A DNA stretch of 32,702 nucleotides from a virus (Duplodnaviria > Caudoviricetes): the IMG/VR virus record IMGVR_UViG_3300012347_000095, positions 1 through 32,702 of that record. One strand, 5' to 3'. This document shows positions 23,298 to 32,036 of this stretch, piece by piece. The translations under genes and the position numbers were made by a program. Every line of letters starts with the position of its first letter. Positions within the stretch are counted from its first letter, which is position 1. The notes under the pieces were generated by a model that worked only from the letters and a program-made list of their open reading frames with translations, ran no database searches and was not told where the DNA came from.

Positions 23298-24167
23298 TTA
23301 AGCCATGTTGCGCGACACCAAACCTTGGCGTGCGTTGTATTCGTTGAAGCGACGATTGCTCACAGCATTCGCCTCGGCGAGTGGGTCGTATGCGTATGCG
23401 CCAGATGGTGCAGAGACGCCACCAGACACTGGTTGTCTCTCGCTGAACAAGCGAGCGCCAGCGTTCTCGTTGTAGCGATCACGCGCCAATCGAGCTTGCT
23501 CCATCTCGTATGCGCGTTGATCCTCTTGCTGCTCTTGTGCGGCCTTGCCCTGCATAGCGCCGCCGATGATTGCTGTGCCAGCCTGAATCTTTGCCGCGCC
23601 CATCAAGCCCTGCCCAACGGTCATGCCAGCTGCAGGTGGTGGGGTTGTTGGTGCTGGTGCGACAGTAGGTGCGCCAGCAACTGTGGTTGGTGCACCAGTT
23701 GTGGCAGGGCTGGCGCCAGCGCCACCCAAATCAACGCCGCTCACTGGGGTTGATGTAGCGGCTGCGGCAGCTGCAGCGTCAGCACCAGCTGTTGCGCCAG
23801 CGGTGCCAGCAGTACCCCAAGCATTGCCCACGGTAGAACCAGCAGCACCGAACTCACCAGCCATGGCAGAACCCCATGCGCTAGACAAACTGCTTGCCGC
23901 ACTCGATATGCCCGTGCCCATGCCACTTAGGAAGCTACCCCCTGCACCCGCCGATCCGAAGCCGCCCGCAAGGGCTGCACCTCCAAAGTAGATGACTGCG
24001 GCAGTGATCAAGATCTTGCCAAGCTTTGACTGAGCCACATCCTTAACTGCGTTGACAACGCCCTTAACGTTTGACTTGACCAAATTGACTGCGCCTTTTA
24101 CCACGTTGGTAACGTTGCGCGCCACACTTGAAACTGCGCCGCCGACGGCCTTGACTACCTTACTCAT
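23298..24167 (-). CDS. putative pilot/DNA-ejection protein
   Basis: Basic amphipathic N-terminus, TM-like segment, long Gly/Ala tract. Confidence 0.65.
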   Translation of the reverse strand: MSKVVKAVGGAVSSVARNVTNVVKGAVNLVKSNVKGVVNAVKDVAQSKLGKILITAAVIYFGGAALAGGFGSAGAGGSFLSGMGTGISSAASSLSSAWGSAMAGEFGAAGSTVGNAWGTAGTAGATAGADAAAAAAATSTPVSGVDLGGAGASPATTGAPTTVAGAPTVAPAPTTPPPAAGMTVGQGLMGAAKIQAGTAIIGGAMQGKAAQEQQEDQRAYEMEQARLARDRYNENAGARLFSERQPVSGGVSAPSGAYAYDPLAEANAVSNRRFNEYNARQGLVSRNMA

Positions 24168-24607
24168 GATGCACTCCTTGCATAAGTGAGCTGGGTCGAC
24201 TCTCTGTCAAACCCAACCCTTTTAAAAAACTTCACCAAACGCGGGTCTGCATTTGGCTCCAATGAAATCACTGCCAACTTGATACCGCTGCGACTCTTCA
24301 CCCAGCGGGCAAACTCGCGAAGCAGTGGCATGCCAGCGGCAGGCTTGCGCGTGTAGAACAACAGCACAGAGCACTGCAACTTCTCAAACCAAAAACCAGT
24401 CTGCACAAGTGCAACAACTGATGCGACGATCTCACCATCCTCATCCTCTGCAACCCACGCGAAATGAGCGGGCTGCATGCAAAGCTTTATGGCATCAGCC
24501 ATGGCGGCGCGATCAATCTTCACAGGCAATGGATCTTGAGACACCGACTCCACAGCGATTTCAACAATCGCTGAGACATCATCAAGCTTTGCTTTGCGAA
24601 AGATCAT
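24164..24607 (-). CDS. GNAT-fold protein
   Basis: IFRKA...D...I start; L...F..WVK; FFKRVGF motif; lies among ejection-type genes. Confidence 0.7.
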   Translation of the reverse strand: MIFRKAKLDDVSAIVEIAVESVSQDPLPVKIDRAAMADAIKLCMQPAHFAWVAEDEDGEIVASVVALVQTGFWFEKLQCSVLLFYTRKPAAGMPLLREFARWVKSRSGIKLAVISLEPNADPRLVKFFKRVGFDRESTQLTYARSAS

Positions 24608-25479
24608 GCGGGTGCCGTGATTTGCGGAATGGTTGTGCCGTAGAACTTCTCAGCCCAAGCGATTTGGCTATTGGCGTATGTCACCAAGTTTGCGATCGCA
24701 CCCTTCTTGGCATCGGCAGTCATGTTGCCGTCAGCCATGATTGAGTTCACGCCAGTCATTGCAGTGTTGGCAATGTTCGCGGCAAACGTTGTGGGGATGG
24801 TCTGCTTGTTCGCATTGATCTGCAAGCCCAAGCGATCAAGCTGCGCTTGGTTGTCAATCAACTGACGCTCCGCCACGGACTTCTCGGCTTGAGTTTGAGC
24901 CTGCAAAGCTGCGGCTTGCTGCTGCGTGGCCAAGTTGGTTTGCAGCTTTGCGTTCTCACCGAACTTGTACAAGTCGTTGGTCGCGGATGTGTTGAACTGG
25001 TTGGCTTGGTTCGTGGCTTCAGTGTTGACCAATGCGCGCTGCGAGTAGGTCTGCGCATCTTGTGCGCCGATCTGTAGCGCCTTGTCCGTCATTGCCGCAA
25101 CACCTGCGCCAGCATTCATTGAGCTGTTGACCAAACCACGCTGAGCCATTTGCTGCGTGGCCAAGGTGCGCGCGCGCTGCATGAGCGGGTTGTCCGTGGC
25201 CAAGATGCTGTTGACCTGACCTTGCACGGTCTCGGTCGGTGCGTTCACCTGACTGGTCGTGGCGTTGTAGGTCTGCGGCGTGACGCCTGCGGTTGGGTTT
25301 GTAGCGGTAGCGCCAGTGTCAATTTTGTTTGCAGTGGCAGCCGTGTTCACCAAGCCAGCGGTTGATGGAGCTGTCGTTGTTGTTGGCGCTTGAGCGACAG
25401 TCGATGTGGTCGAATCGATGCCTGTGCCTGTGGCCGACGCCTGCTGCGTGTCAAAAGGATTTTGTACAGTGGTAGCCAT
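24604..25479 (-). CDS. putative virion protein
   Basis: 291 aa, Thr/Ala/Gln-rich; QRGLVNSSM motif. Confidence 0.75.
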   Translation of the reverse strand: MATTVQNPFDTQQASATGTGIDSTTSTVAQAPTTTTAPSTAGLVNTAATANKIDTGATATNPTAGVTPQTYNATTSQVNAPTETVQGQVNSILATDNPLMQRARTLATQQMAQRGLVNSSMNAGAGVAAMTDKALQIGAQDAQTYSQRALVNTEATNQANQFNTSATNDLYKFGENAKLQTNLATQQQAAALQAQTQAEKSVAERQLIDNQAQLDRLGLQINANKQTIPTTFAANIANTAMTGVNSIMADGNMTADAKKGAIANLVTYANSQIAWAEKFYGTTIPQITAPA

Positions 25480-25532
25480 GTCGGCCTTTCAATGGGAAGT
25501 CAGCCCCACGAAGACGTGGGTAGCCGAGGTGG

Positions 25533-25561
25533 ATTCTAGATCAATTGACGCGGTCAAGCAA
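25533..25561 (-). promoter_or_regulatory. sigma70-type promoter with overlapping palindrome
   Basis: TTGCTT-N17-TAGAAT; TTGAC-N3-GTCAA at 25545-25557. Confidence 0.6.
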
Positions 25562-25562
25562 A

Positions 25563-26177
25563 TCATGCTAGGACTGGACCAGCGTCAAAAACATTCATGG
25601 CCAACGAGGTGTGGCGAATGCGGTCTTCGAGACCAATGGTCCCGCCGTTGATCTTCTTGGTGAGGGCAACCCAATTGCTGGTCTCGGCCAAGCGGTTGCA
25701 GTCGTGCGTCGCCCAAAACCAACCAGCCGTGAGGGCCGCGTGCTTTGGCGTGCGAACCAAGTCTGGGTTCATGACATAGTCAAAGCCACAGGCTTTGCCA
25801 GCGTGGTAGAAGTTGTCGTGCCCAGTTAATTGGAGCCAACCAGACCCACGGAAACGATACCCATCTCCAGACTTCTCGTCACGATTTCCCATGCGATTGG
25901 CGTACACGAAGTTGGCCAAAGCCTTCTCGTTGCGCGCGTACTTGTTGGCGATCTCCATGGTGGGGAATCGCTTTGGCCAGATCTTCATGAGGCGATCGGC
26001 TGCGTAGCTGAGGCCCTCCTCGAGCTTGGTGAAGTTGCCGCACTCGTGGCCAGCTTGCCCAAGGAACGCGGCCTGTTGGCGAGGGGTGCTGATACCCCAA
26101 CGCTCGAACGTCTCATTGAAGACGGGCGCTAGATCGGGGTTGATGTGTAGGCGTTTGAGTTGTTCAGCGCTGATCAT
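25563..26177 (-). CDS. glycoside hydrolase family 19 endolysin
   Basis: AAFLGQ.GHE, LEE, FRG.G..QLTG..N, AGWFW, INGG..GL.DR motifs. Confidence 0.9.
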   Translation of the reverse strand: MISAEQLKRLHINPDLAPVFNETFERWGISTPRQQAAFLGQAGHECGNFTKLEEGLSYAADRLMKIWPKRFPTMEIANKYARNEKALANFVYANRMGNRDEKSGDGYRFRGSGWLQLTGHDNFYHAGKACGFDYVMNPDLVRTPKHAALTAGWFWATHDCNRLAETSNWVALTKKINGGTIGLEDRIRHTSLAMNVFDAGPVLA

Positions 26178-26628
26178 TTACTTGGCTCCTGACTGAGTTG
26201 TAGGCGTCGATGCAGGCGTTGAGTTGGAGGATGGCCCTGTCGCCGTCGGCTGCGATTTGAGCAATAAGCTCGAGAGTCTGTCTGTCAGATTCGCTTCCTG
26301 CTTGGCTATTCCCACTGGCAGGGGCGGCACCTGCATTGGCTTGTACGCAACTTGAGGAGGGGAGGCGCACCCTGCCAGCACTGATAGCGCGATCAAGAGC
26401 AGACTGTTTTTGATTGATTGCATCATTGGCGTCTTTCAATTGGGTTGAGGTTTGGTTGAGTTGCTCGCCAAGCTGTTGCTCGCGCGCGCGTGACTCTTCA
26501 TTCTTGATGGCGATCTCACTTTGCATCTCAGCATCTCGCTCGCCCCAGCCCTTGCTGAAGCCAAAGCGATAGATGCCGAAGATGACCAACAAGGTCACCA
26601 ACACAGTGATGGCTGTGCGCTTCATCAC
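26164..26628 (-). CDS. Rz-like inner-membrane spanin
   Basis: N-terminal TM, coiled coil, AD.....LNAC..AY motif; adjacent to the endolysin. Confidence 0.85.
   Translation of the reverse strand: MMKRTAITVLVTLLVIFGIYRFGFSKGWGERDAEMQSEIAIKNEESRAREQQLGEQLNQTSTQLKDANDAINQKQSALDRAISAGRVRLPSSSCVQANAGAAPASGNSQAGSESDRQTLELIAQIAADGDRAILQLNACIDAYNSVRSQVNDQR
26178..26426 (-). CDS. Rz1-like outer-membrane spanin embedded in Rz
   Basis: Signal peptide with lipobox LAGC; Pro-rich; alternative frame inside Rz. Confidence 0.8.
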   Translation of the reverse strand: MMQSIKNSLLLIALSVLAGCASPPQVAYKPMQVPPLPVGIAKQEANLTDRLSSLLLKSQPTATGPSSNSTPASTPTTQSGAK

Positions 26629-27131
26629 TGCTCCTTGGCGGCGGCCGCGCGCTCGTAGGCGATCTCTTCACGCTCTGGGTGTAGGTGATCTGGCGGCGTG
26701 GTGGGCGGTGGTGGTGCGCGCCACTCCTCGTCGAACTGTACGGGCGCTAGACCCATCCAATTCATGTCAGGCATACCAGAGGCGGGGGCAACTGCGATAG
26801 GCGATTGTGGAGGCGTTGGCGTTGGCGTGACGACGGCAGGCGCAATCTTCTCGGCTAGAGCCTTGGCGCCCTTGTTGACAGCAAACATTGCGATCAGCGT
26901 GGTCACCGAGCCAGTCATCAAAAGCATCACGTCGTTGAGCATCTTGGTGAATGCCATGTCGATGGGTGACATCGACTTCATGGGTTGCTGGTTGAACATG
27001 ACGGACCAGAGCATGGAGCCGACAGTGCCGCCGAACACAGACATGAGAACGAGCACGACGAACGACCAAGCGAGTGCTTGGATCAAGAACACCAGCTCAT
27101 CGACTGAGCGAATTCTGAATTCTGAAAACAT
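26625..27131 (-). CDS. membrane protein (2 TM), holin candidate
   Basis: Two hydrophobic segments, Pro-rich tail; in the lysis cassette. Confidence 0.6.
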   Translation of the reverse strand: MFSEFRIRSVDELVFLIQALAWSFVVLVLMSVFGGTVGSMLWSVMFNQQPMKSMSPIDMAFTKMLNDVMLLMTGSVTTLIAMFAVNKGAKALAEKIAPAVVTPTPTPPQSPIAVAPASGMPDMNWMGLAPVQFDEEWRAPPPPTTPPDHLHPEREEIAYERAAAAKEQ

Positions 27132-27347
27132 TTACTTCTCCGATGATGCGGCAGACGCGGGTTGCTGAACTTGCTTTTCCAAAATGGGTGCGACCAAATA
27201 ATCTGGGCAGTCTTGAGTGAACAAGCAGTCAGGTCGCTGACAACGCTTTGCGCTGAAGTTCTTTGGGTCTTGGCAGTAATAGCGGTAGCGATCCTCGCAA
27301 CCCACTAGCGCCACCAAGAACATGGCCAACAAAATTAAATGCTTCAC
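27132..27347 (-). CDS. small Cys-rich lipoprotein
   Basis: Lipobox LVGC followed by 4 further Cys; GGAG SD. Confidence 0.8.
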   Translation of the reverse strand: MKHLILLAMFLVALVGCEDRYRYYCQDPKNFSAKRCQRPDCLFTQDCPDYLVAPILEKQVQQPASAASSEK

Positions 27348-27544
27348 TTCAGTCTCTCCTTAACTTCCTCTTTGAGCTTGCGCAACTCGCGGGCTTCTTT
27401 CTTGATTTCATCTTTCATCCACAAGGTCTCGACGTAGGCAATGAACGACAGTGAGAACACGACGATCAACACTGCCAACACGATTAGGTGTGCCAGAAAG
27501 ACGCTCGTGCTATCGCTTGGTTTTTTACCTGCCACAACAACCAC
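27344..27544 (-). CDS. single-TM protein with basic coiled-coil tail
   Basis: 66 aa; ATGA-coupled to the lipoprotein gene; start uncertain. Confidence 0.6.
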   Translation of the reverse strand: MVVVAGKKPSDSTSVFLAHLIVLAVLIVVFSLSFIAYVETLWMKDEIKKEARELRKLKEEVKERLK

Positions 27545-28170
27545 CCCATAAAAATCAAACCAACAAAAGCCAAGCCAGCGTCAATCGATTTGACACGAAC
27601 CTCTTCCATCAAAGCATCTCGCTCGCGTTGCATCGCTGCATCCTCGCGCGCCTGCTTCTCTCTCGCGATCCGCTGCTCCTCTTCAATCTGCTCACGCATC
27701 TCCTCGAACTGTGACCACAGTGCACCAAGCTCTGGTGGGGAGTGGTAAACCATTTGCTCCCTCAGCTCAACCTGCATGGCCAATAGCTTGTTGCGAATCA
27801 TGATTCGCCTCAGCGCCATTCGCTTCAGAGATACGTCAGCGGATTGCAGTTTCTTTGCCTCTCGCTCTTGCTCCCAAAACAGAGCTTCAAGTCTGTCGAA
27901 TGCGTCGAACATGTTGCCCAACTCATCACCAATCTTGAAGATCACATCATCAGGATTTGCAGCGGCCACCTTGGCAACTCGCTGCTTCTCCTCCTCGATC
28001 TTCTTGGCCTGCTCTTTGGAAACTTTTTTCCCAGCGAACTGACCATTGATCTCTTCATAGATCTGCTTGACGTTACCCGCTACACCCTTGACCTCCTTGT
28101 ACAGCGCGCACCCCTCTTTAACGAGTTGGAACGCTGTAGTCGCGGCGAATAGCGCAGTCCCTATCGGCAC
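27484..28170 (-). CDS. coiled-coil protein with C-terminal TM
   Basis: 228 aa; GTG start. Confidence 0.75.
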   Translation of the reverse strand: MPIGTALFAATTAFQLVKEGCALYKEVKGVAGNVKQIYEEINGQFAGKKVSKEQAKKIEEEKQRVAKVAAANPDDVIFKIGDELGNMFDAFDRLEALFWEQEREAKKLQSADVSLKRMALRRIMIRNKLLAMQVELREQMVYHSPPELGALWSQFEEMREQIEEEQRIAREKQAREDAAMQRERDALMEEVRVKSIDAGLAFVGLIFMGWLLWQVKNQAIARASFWHT

Positions 28171-28171
28171 A

Positions 28172-28489
28172 TCACTTCACCACTACACCGATGCCGAACT
28201 TCGCGGAGATGCCAAGCACAACGAGGCCGCACAGTATGGTGAGAATCGCCCACGCGCCACGCTTAGCAATGTCAAGTTTGAGGGCTTGCCAGAACTCAGT
28301 CTGAGCCTTGGCAGACTCGATCAAAGCCTCGTGGTATTTGCGATGACCCTCGTAGTCAATTTCGCCGTCTTTGTTTTTTGGGAATGCACCAGTCATGTGG
28401 TTCATCTGCTCGAGAATCAGATCAAGCTTGTGCTCGATGCTGATCTCTGCCGATGTCTCTTTGCGATTACCTTGATCGTCAGTAAACAT
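28172..28489 (-). CDS. small protein with C-terminal TM (lysis-associated?)
   Basis: 105 aa; GAGGTG SD. Confidence 0.75.
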   Translation of the reverse strand: MFTDDQGNRKETSAEISIEHKLDLILEQMNHMTGAFPKNKDGEIDYEGHRKYHEALIESAKAQTEFWQALKLDIAKRGAWAILTILCGLVVLGISAKFGIGVVVK

Positions 28490-28497
28490 TTATCACC

Positions 28498-28791
28498 TCA
28501 AGGTTTTGGATATTTTGTTTTCACAGCTTGCACAGTTGCAAGCATCGCGGCTGCGGCTTCGCCACCCTTCCACAGAGCATCGAGCTGGTCGCCGATGGGT
28601 GGGTACTCTGCGGCGCGTTGGCGCTGGTATTCTTTACTGTCGTACTCGGCTTGTAGACGAGAAATCTCTGCATTGATCTCATCTTCTGTAGGCTGTGCAT
28701 ATTCAGCGTCCAACCATTCAAGCAAATCGCCACGGAGAACCCATTCAGAATTGGGGCGTAAAGAGCGAATAGCGTCTGTTTTTGCAATCAT
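28498..28791 (-). CDS. tail-fibre assembly/chaperone-like protein
   Basis: R...YPPIGDQLD.L...VK..YPKP; paralog of 30990-31250. Confidence 0.75.
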   Translation of the reverse strand: MIAKTDAIRSLRPNSEWVLRGDLLEWLDAEYAQPTEDEINAEISRLQAEYDSKEYQRQRAAEYPPIGDQLDALWKGGEAAAAMLATVQAVKTKYPKP

Positions 28792-29249
28792 GCTGCCACC
28801 TCAAGTAACGTAATTGTTCCGCGTCTAGTTCCTGACATTACTTCGCTATTGCCGTATCTGTTACTCATAGAGTATTCACGGAAGTCAATGTTATATGTCA
28901 GCGCGGAAGTAGAGCTTGGCGAATCTAGAAACACCATTGTCTCTTTGAGACCGCCCATTTGCACAATGTACTGCACGTTATTTACTGTCCACGCACTGCT
29001 AATGGTTGCCCCGTTTCTTGCCAGCAAAAACTCTAACTGCGCGTTGCCTCCGTTTGTTCCAGACGTATATGGAAATTCAGCAATAACCAGAACTTTGCTA
29101 GATGCGCTTGACGGTGTAATGATTGCAGATAACCCAGTTGCTGTGTACGAAGACGAATTATTGACAACAGCAGTTGATGTTGTCCCTTGCACAACCTGCA
29201 ACACAGCGCCAGCACCCATCATCTGGGTTGGGACTTTTGTAAGTGCCAT
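28788..29249 (-). CDS. short tail-fibre tip-like protein (VLQVVQ type)
   Basis: G.VLQVVQ, GLSA.ITP....SKVLV, LDSP..TSA.TY, LLEVA; paralog of 31247-31765. Confidence 0.75.
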   Translation of the reverse strand: MALTKVPTQMMGAGAVLQVVQGTTSTAVVNNSSSYTATGLSAIITPSSASSKVLVIAEFPYTSGTNGGNAQLEFLLARNGATISSAWTVNNVQYIVQMGGLKETMVFLDSPSSTSALTYNIDFREYSMSNRYGNSEVMSGTRRGTITLLEVAA

Positions 29250-29251
29250 GC

Positions 29252-29482
29252 TTATTCCCCTTGAGGCATAGCCGCTTTGATTTCATCCACTGCAGCAGCA
29301 GCGTCAATCGCAACTTGCATCTCAGCGTACTTCACACGCACAGCTTCACGCGCAGCTTCTGCGGCAGCAGCTTGCGATGGGATGGTAGCTTGCACATCCA
29401 AAGGCTTGAACTCTTCTGCGCGTGCAGCACGGCGCACGTCATGCGCGATGGCTTTGGCTTTGTCGATGTTTACGGTGATCAT
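29252..29482 (-). CDS. tail-associated small protein
   Basis: 76 aa from ATG 29482 (MITVNIDKAK); ATGA-coupled. Confidence 0.75.
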   Translation of the reverse strand: MITVNIDKAKAIAHDVRRAARAEEFKPLDVQATIPSQAAAAEAAREAVRVKYAEMQVAIDAAAAVDEIKAAMPQGE

Positions 29483-29670
29483 GCTGTGTACTCCCATGCG
29501 TTGCGGAACGTGCGATCAGTTGGCACATCAGCTGTGTCAATGATCTTGAATGGCTTACCAGCGGGTACGTCCTTGGCTGCAATCTCTTCGATTGTTAGGC
29601 CGCACTCTGGTGCTGGAATGATGACGGCAACGCCGCCTTCGTCTGTTGGGTAGATGATTCGTTTTGTCAT
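29479..29670 (-). CDS. tail-associated small protein
   Basis: KDVP.G..F.I....VP.DRTFRNAW motif; AAGGA SD. Confidence 0.8.
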   Translation of the reverse strand: MTKRIIYPTDEGGVAVIIPAPECGLTIEEIAAKDVPAGKPFKIIDTADVPTDRTFRNAWEYTA

Positions 29671-29688
29671 GTTGGTTCCTTTTGTTGA

Positions 29689-30060
29689 TTAGCGGAAGAT
29701 GGAAACGCAATTAACAGCAACGTCAGTAGTGGCTGAATCGTTGTTAAAAATCGATGCAAGTCCGACGCTTGTTGTTGTGAAAGTGCCATTACGCGCACAC
29801 AAGATATTTGAGGTGACTCCAAATGTTGCGTCGGCACCAGCTACTACGTTGTAGTTTGTATCAGGCATCGCGTTTGTTAAATTGACCGTATAAAGACCTA
29901 CACCGTTGTCAGTGATCGAACTCACGTTCCCGCTACCGCGAATCGCCACAGTGCCAGTGCCATTGAAGTTCACCCACGCTCGACATTGATACGAGGGAGC
30001 GTCACCTGTTGGTACTGTAACTACAGAACCAAGGGCCGCTAAGTTTGCTGCTTTTGTCAT
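29689..30060 (-). CDS. short tail-fibre tip-like protein (RAWVNF type)
   Basis: CRAWVNFNGTGTVAIR.S.NV.SITDNGVG.Y. Confidence 0.8.
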   Translation of the reverse strand: MTKAANLAALGSVVTVPTGDAPSYQCRAWVNFNGTGTVAIRGSGNVSSITDNGVGLYTVNLTNAMPDTNYNVVAGADATFGVTSNILCARNGTFTTTSVGLASIFNNDSATTDVAVNCVSIFR

Positions 30061-30072
30061 TGTGTGTCCTTG

Positions 30073-30993
30073 TTAGCGGAATACTGCAACACTGATGAAC
30101 GCGTAATCGGTGTCAGAGTTACCGTTCCAGTTCATCGTGTGCAAATAAATAGAACCAGTATTAACCTGAACCTGAGTCACCGCTCCATAGGAGGCTCCGT
30201 AAGCTCCGCAAACACCAGTAACTGCCGCATTAGTATCAGGTAATGATGAGGTTAAGTTTGCAATGTAATTGCCAACGCCGTTGTCCGTGATGCTAGTCAC
30301 GTTAAACGAAGCACGAATCGCTACAGTGCCAGTACCGTTGAAGTTCACCCAAGCACGGCACAGCGTACCGATTTGAGTGCCAGCAACGTCAGCAAACAGA
30401 GGAGGTGTAGCTGCCGCAGCAGAGTTAATCTTCTCGATGCTTGGTGTCGTCAAAGTTAAATTGGAAGCCAAGTATGTTGAGTTCACAGCGCCAGCGACAG
30501 CAGGGATGGCGTTCAACACGCTCGACACATAGAAGCTCTCGACAGTGATGAGGTCACCAGCCGCAGCAGCGGTAGCCAGCACGACAGTCGTGCCGTTTGT
30601 CGCTGTGAAGTCGGCAGCACCTAAGCGCACGCCGTTGCGGTACACGTTGATGTAGCCCACGGTGTAGCTTGGCACAGAGAAGGTGGTCTGGCCAGCGGTG
30701 GCTGTACTGTCCGTCACGGTGCGATAGGCGGTCGTCGCCACGCCACTGGCAGGGATGCCAAGGTAGCGCACAGAGACGTTGCCTGTACCGCTTGGAGGGG
30801 CCGCAGAGAAAGTCAGCGTCGTGCCTGCCACCGCGTATGTCGATGGGTCTTGCAGCACGCCTGAGACAGCCACAAGCACTGAGCCTGTAGTCGCAGGGGC
30901 CACCGACATGGTGAACGCTGTGGTGCTGCCGTTGCCGCTGAATTGATCAGTTAGGAAGGCCACCGAGTTGATTGGGTTTCCGATGTAGCTCAT
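30073..30993 (-). CDS. tail fibre protein
   Basis: MSYIGN start, beta-rich shaft modules, C-terminal RAWVNF domain. Confidence 0.8.
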   Translation of the reverse strand: MSYIGNPINSVAFLTDQFSGNGSTTAFTMSVAPATTGSVLVAVSGVLQDPSTYAVAGTTLTFSAAPPSGTGNVSVRYLGIPASGVATTAYRTVTDSTATAGQTTFSVPSYTVGYINVYRNGVRLGAADFTATNGTTVVLATAAAAGDLITVESFYVSSVLNAIPAVAGAVNSTYLASNLTLTTPSIEKINSAAAATPPLFADVAGTQIGTLCRAWVNFNGTGTVAIRASFNVTSITDNGVGNYIANLTSSLPDTNAAVTGVCGAYGASYGAVTQVQVNTGSIYLHTMNWNGNSDTDYAFISVAVFR

Positions 30994-31250
30994 GGCTTGG
31001 GGTGCTCCTGTTTGACCGCCGTGATCGCTTCACGCCAAGCATCCATGCCGCCGTGGTAGAGCAGGTCGAGCTGGTCGGCGATGCTTGGGTATGCTTGGGC
31101 GCGTTGTGCCTTGTATGCGTTGGGGTTGACCCACGCATTGACAGCAGCCATGTCGATCTCGACTTGGTTTCCTTGTGCATCCATTGCGCCAGCGGTGTCA
31201 TCAACAGACACCACGCTTGGATAGAGTGCGCGAATTGCTATGTGGTTCAT
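30990..31250 (-). CDS. tail-fibre assembly/chaperone-like protein
   Basis: R...YPSIADQLD.L...VK..HPKP. Confidence 0.75.
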   Translation of the reverse strand: MNHIAIRALYPSVVSVDDTAGAMDAQGNQVEIDMAAVNAWVNPNAYKAQRAQAYPSIADQLDLLYHGGMDAWREAITAVKQEHPKP

Positions 31251-31765
31251 CCTGCAACCTCCATCAAAATAACGGTAGATGTCGTCCTCGTCGCATCGTT
31301 AGCGAGGTTGCTGTCTCGCCCATCTTGGTTTAAGTAGATAGTCACAACACCGTTAGTACCCATCGAGAATGTGTAAGTGACCGCGCTTGTAGTTGCTGGA
31401 GAGTCAAGGTACATAATTGAGCCTGGGTTTCCACGCCACGTGTAACCTGCTCCTCCTGCAATACCACCCGCGATAGCGCCAGTTGAACGTGAGCCTGCCG
31501 CATCGCCAGCGTTAATCTTGGTACCGTTTCTATACATATAGGCAGCCCAAGTTGTCTCCCCTGATGCAGAAAACTCACCAAAATTAACCAGCACAAGCAC
31601 TTTACTTGACGCTGCTGTTGGCGTAATTGACGCAGAAAGACCTGTGATTGTTGATGGGCTTCCCTGACCAGCGGTGGTTGAGAAGGTGTCTGTCTTAACC
31701 GCTTGCACAACCTGCAACACTGTGCCAGCGCCAAGCGCCTTGTTTCCGATTTTGCTGATAGCCAT
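31247..31765 (-). CDS. short tail-fibre tip-like protein (VLQVVQ type)
   Basis: TGATG-coupled start; VLQVVQ...LMEVA. Confidence 0.75.
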   Translation of the reverse strand: MAISKIGNKALGAGTVLQVVQAVKTDTFSTTAGQGSPSTITGLSASITPTAASSKVLVLVNFGEFSASGETTWAAYMYRNGTKINAGDAAGSRSTGAIAGGIAGGAGYTWRGNPGSIMYLDSPATTSAVTYTFSMGTNGVVTIYLNQDGRDSNLANDATRTTSTVILMEVAG

Positions 31766-32025
31766 CACTCACCTCCGATGCGCGATGCAGCGGCCACCTG
31801 CGCTTCATAGGCAGCGATGACCTCTGGCGTCCACGCGGCCTGTGCGATGGCAACAACCTGCGATGGCACACCAGTCAGGTCTTGCGCTGGCACGAGCGAT
31901 GTACGGTGGAATGTCTGAGCGATTTGTTCGCCATCTTTGAAGATGCGAGTTGCCTCACGGTACAGCACAGTGCCGTTTTCGGTGACGGTGATTTGGTCGA
32001 TGACTTTTGTTTCTGTGAGTGACAT
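31765..32025 (-). CDS. tail-fibre-associated small protein
   Basis: ID.I.V.ENG.V..R.AT....DG.....FHR...WT motif; AAGGA SD. Confidence 0.75.
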   Translation of the reverse strand: MSLTETKVIDQITVTENGTVLYREATRIFKDGEQIAQTFHRTSLVPAQDLTGVPSQVVAIAQAAWTPEVIAAYEAQVAAASRIGGE

Positions 32026-32036
32026 GGTGTGTTCCT

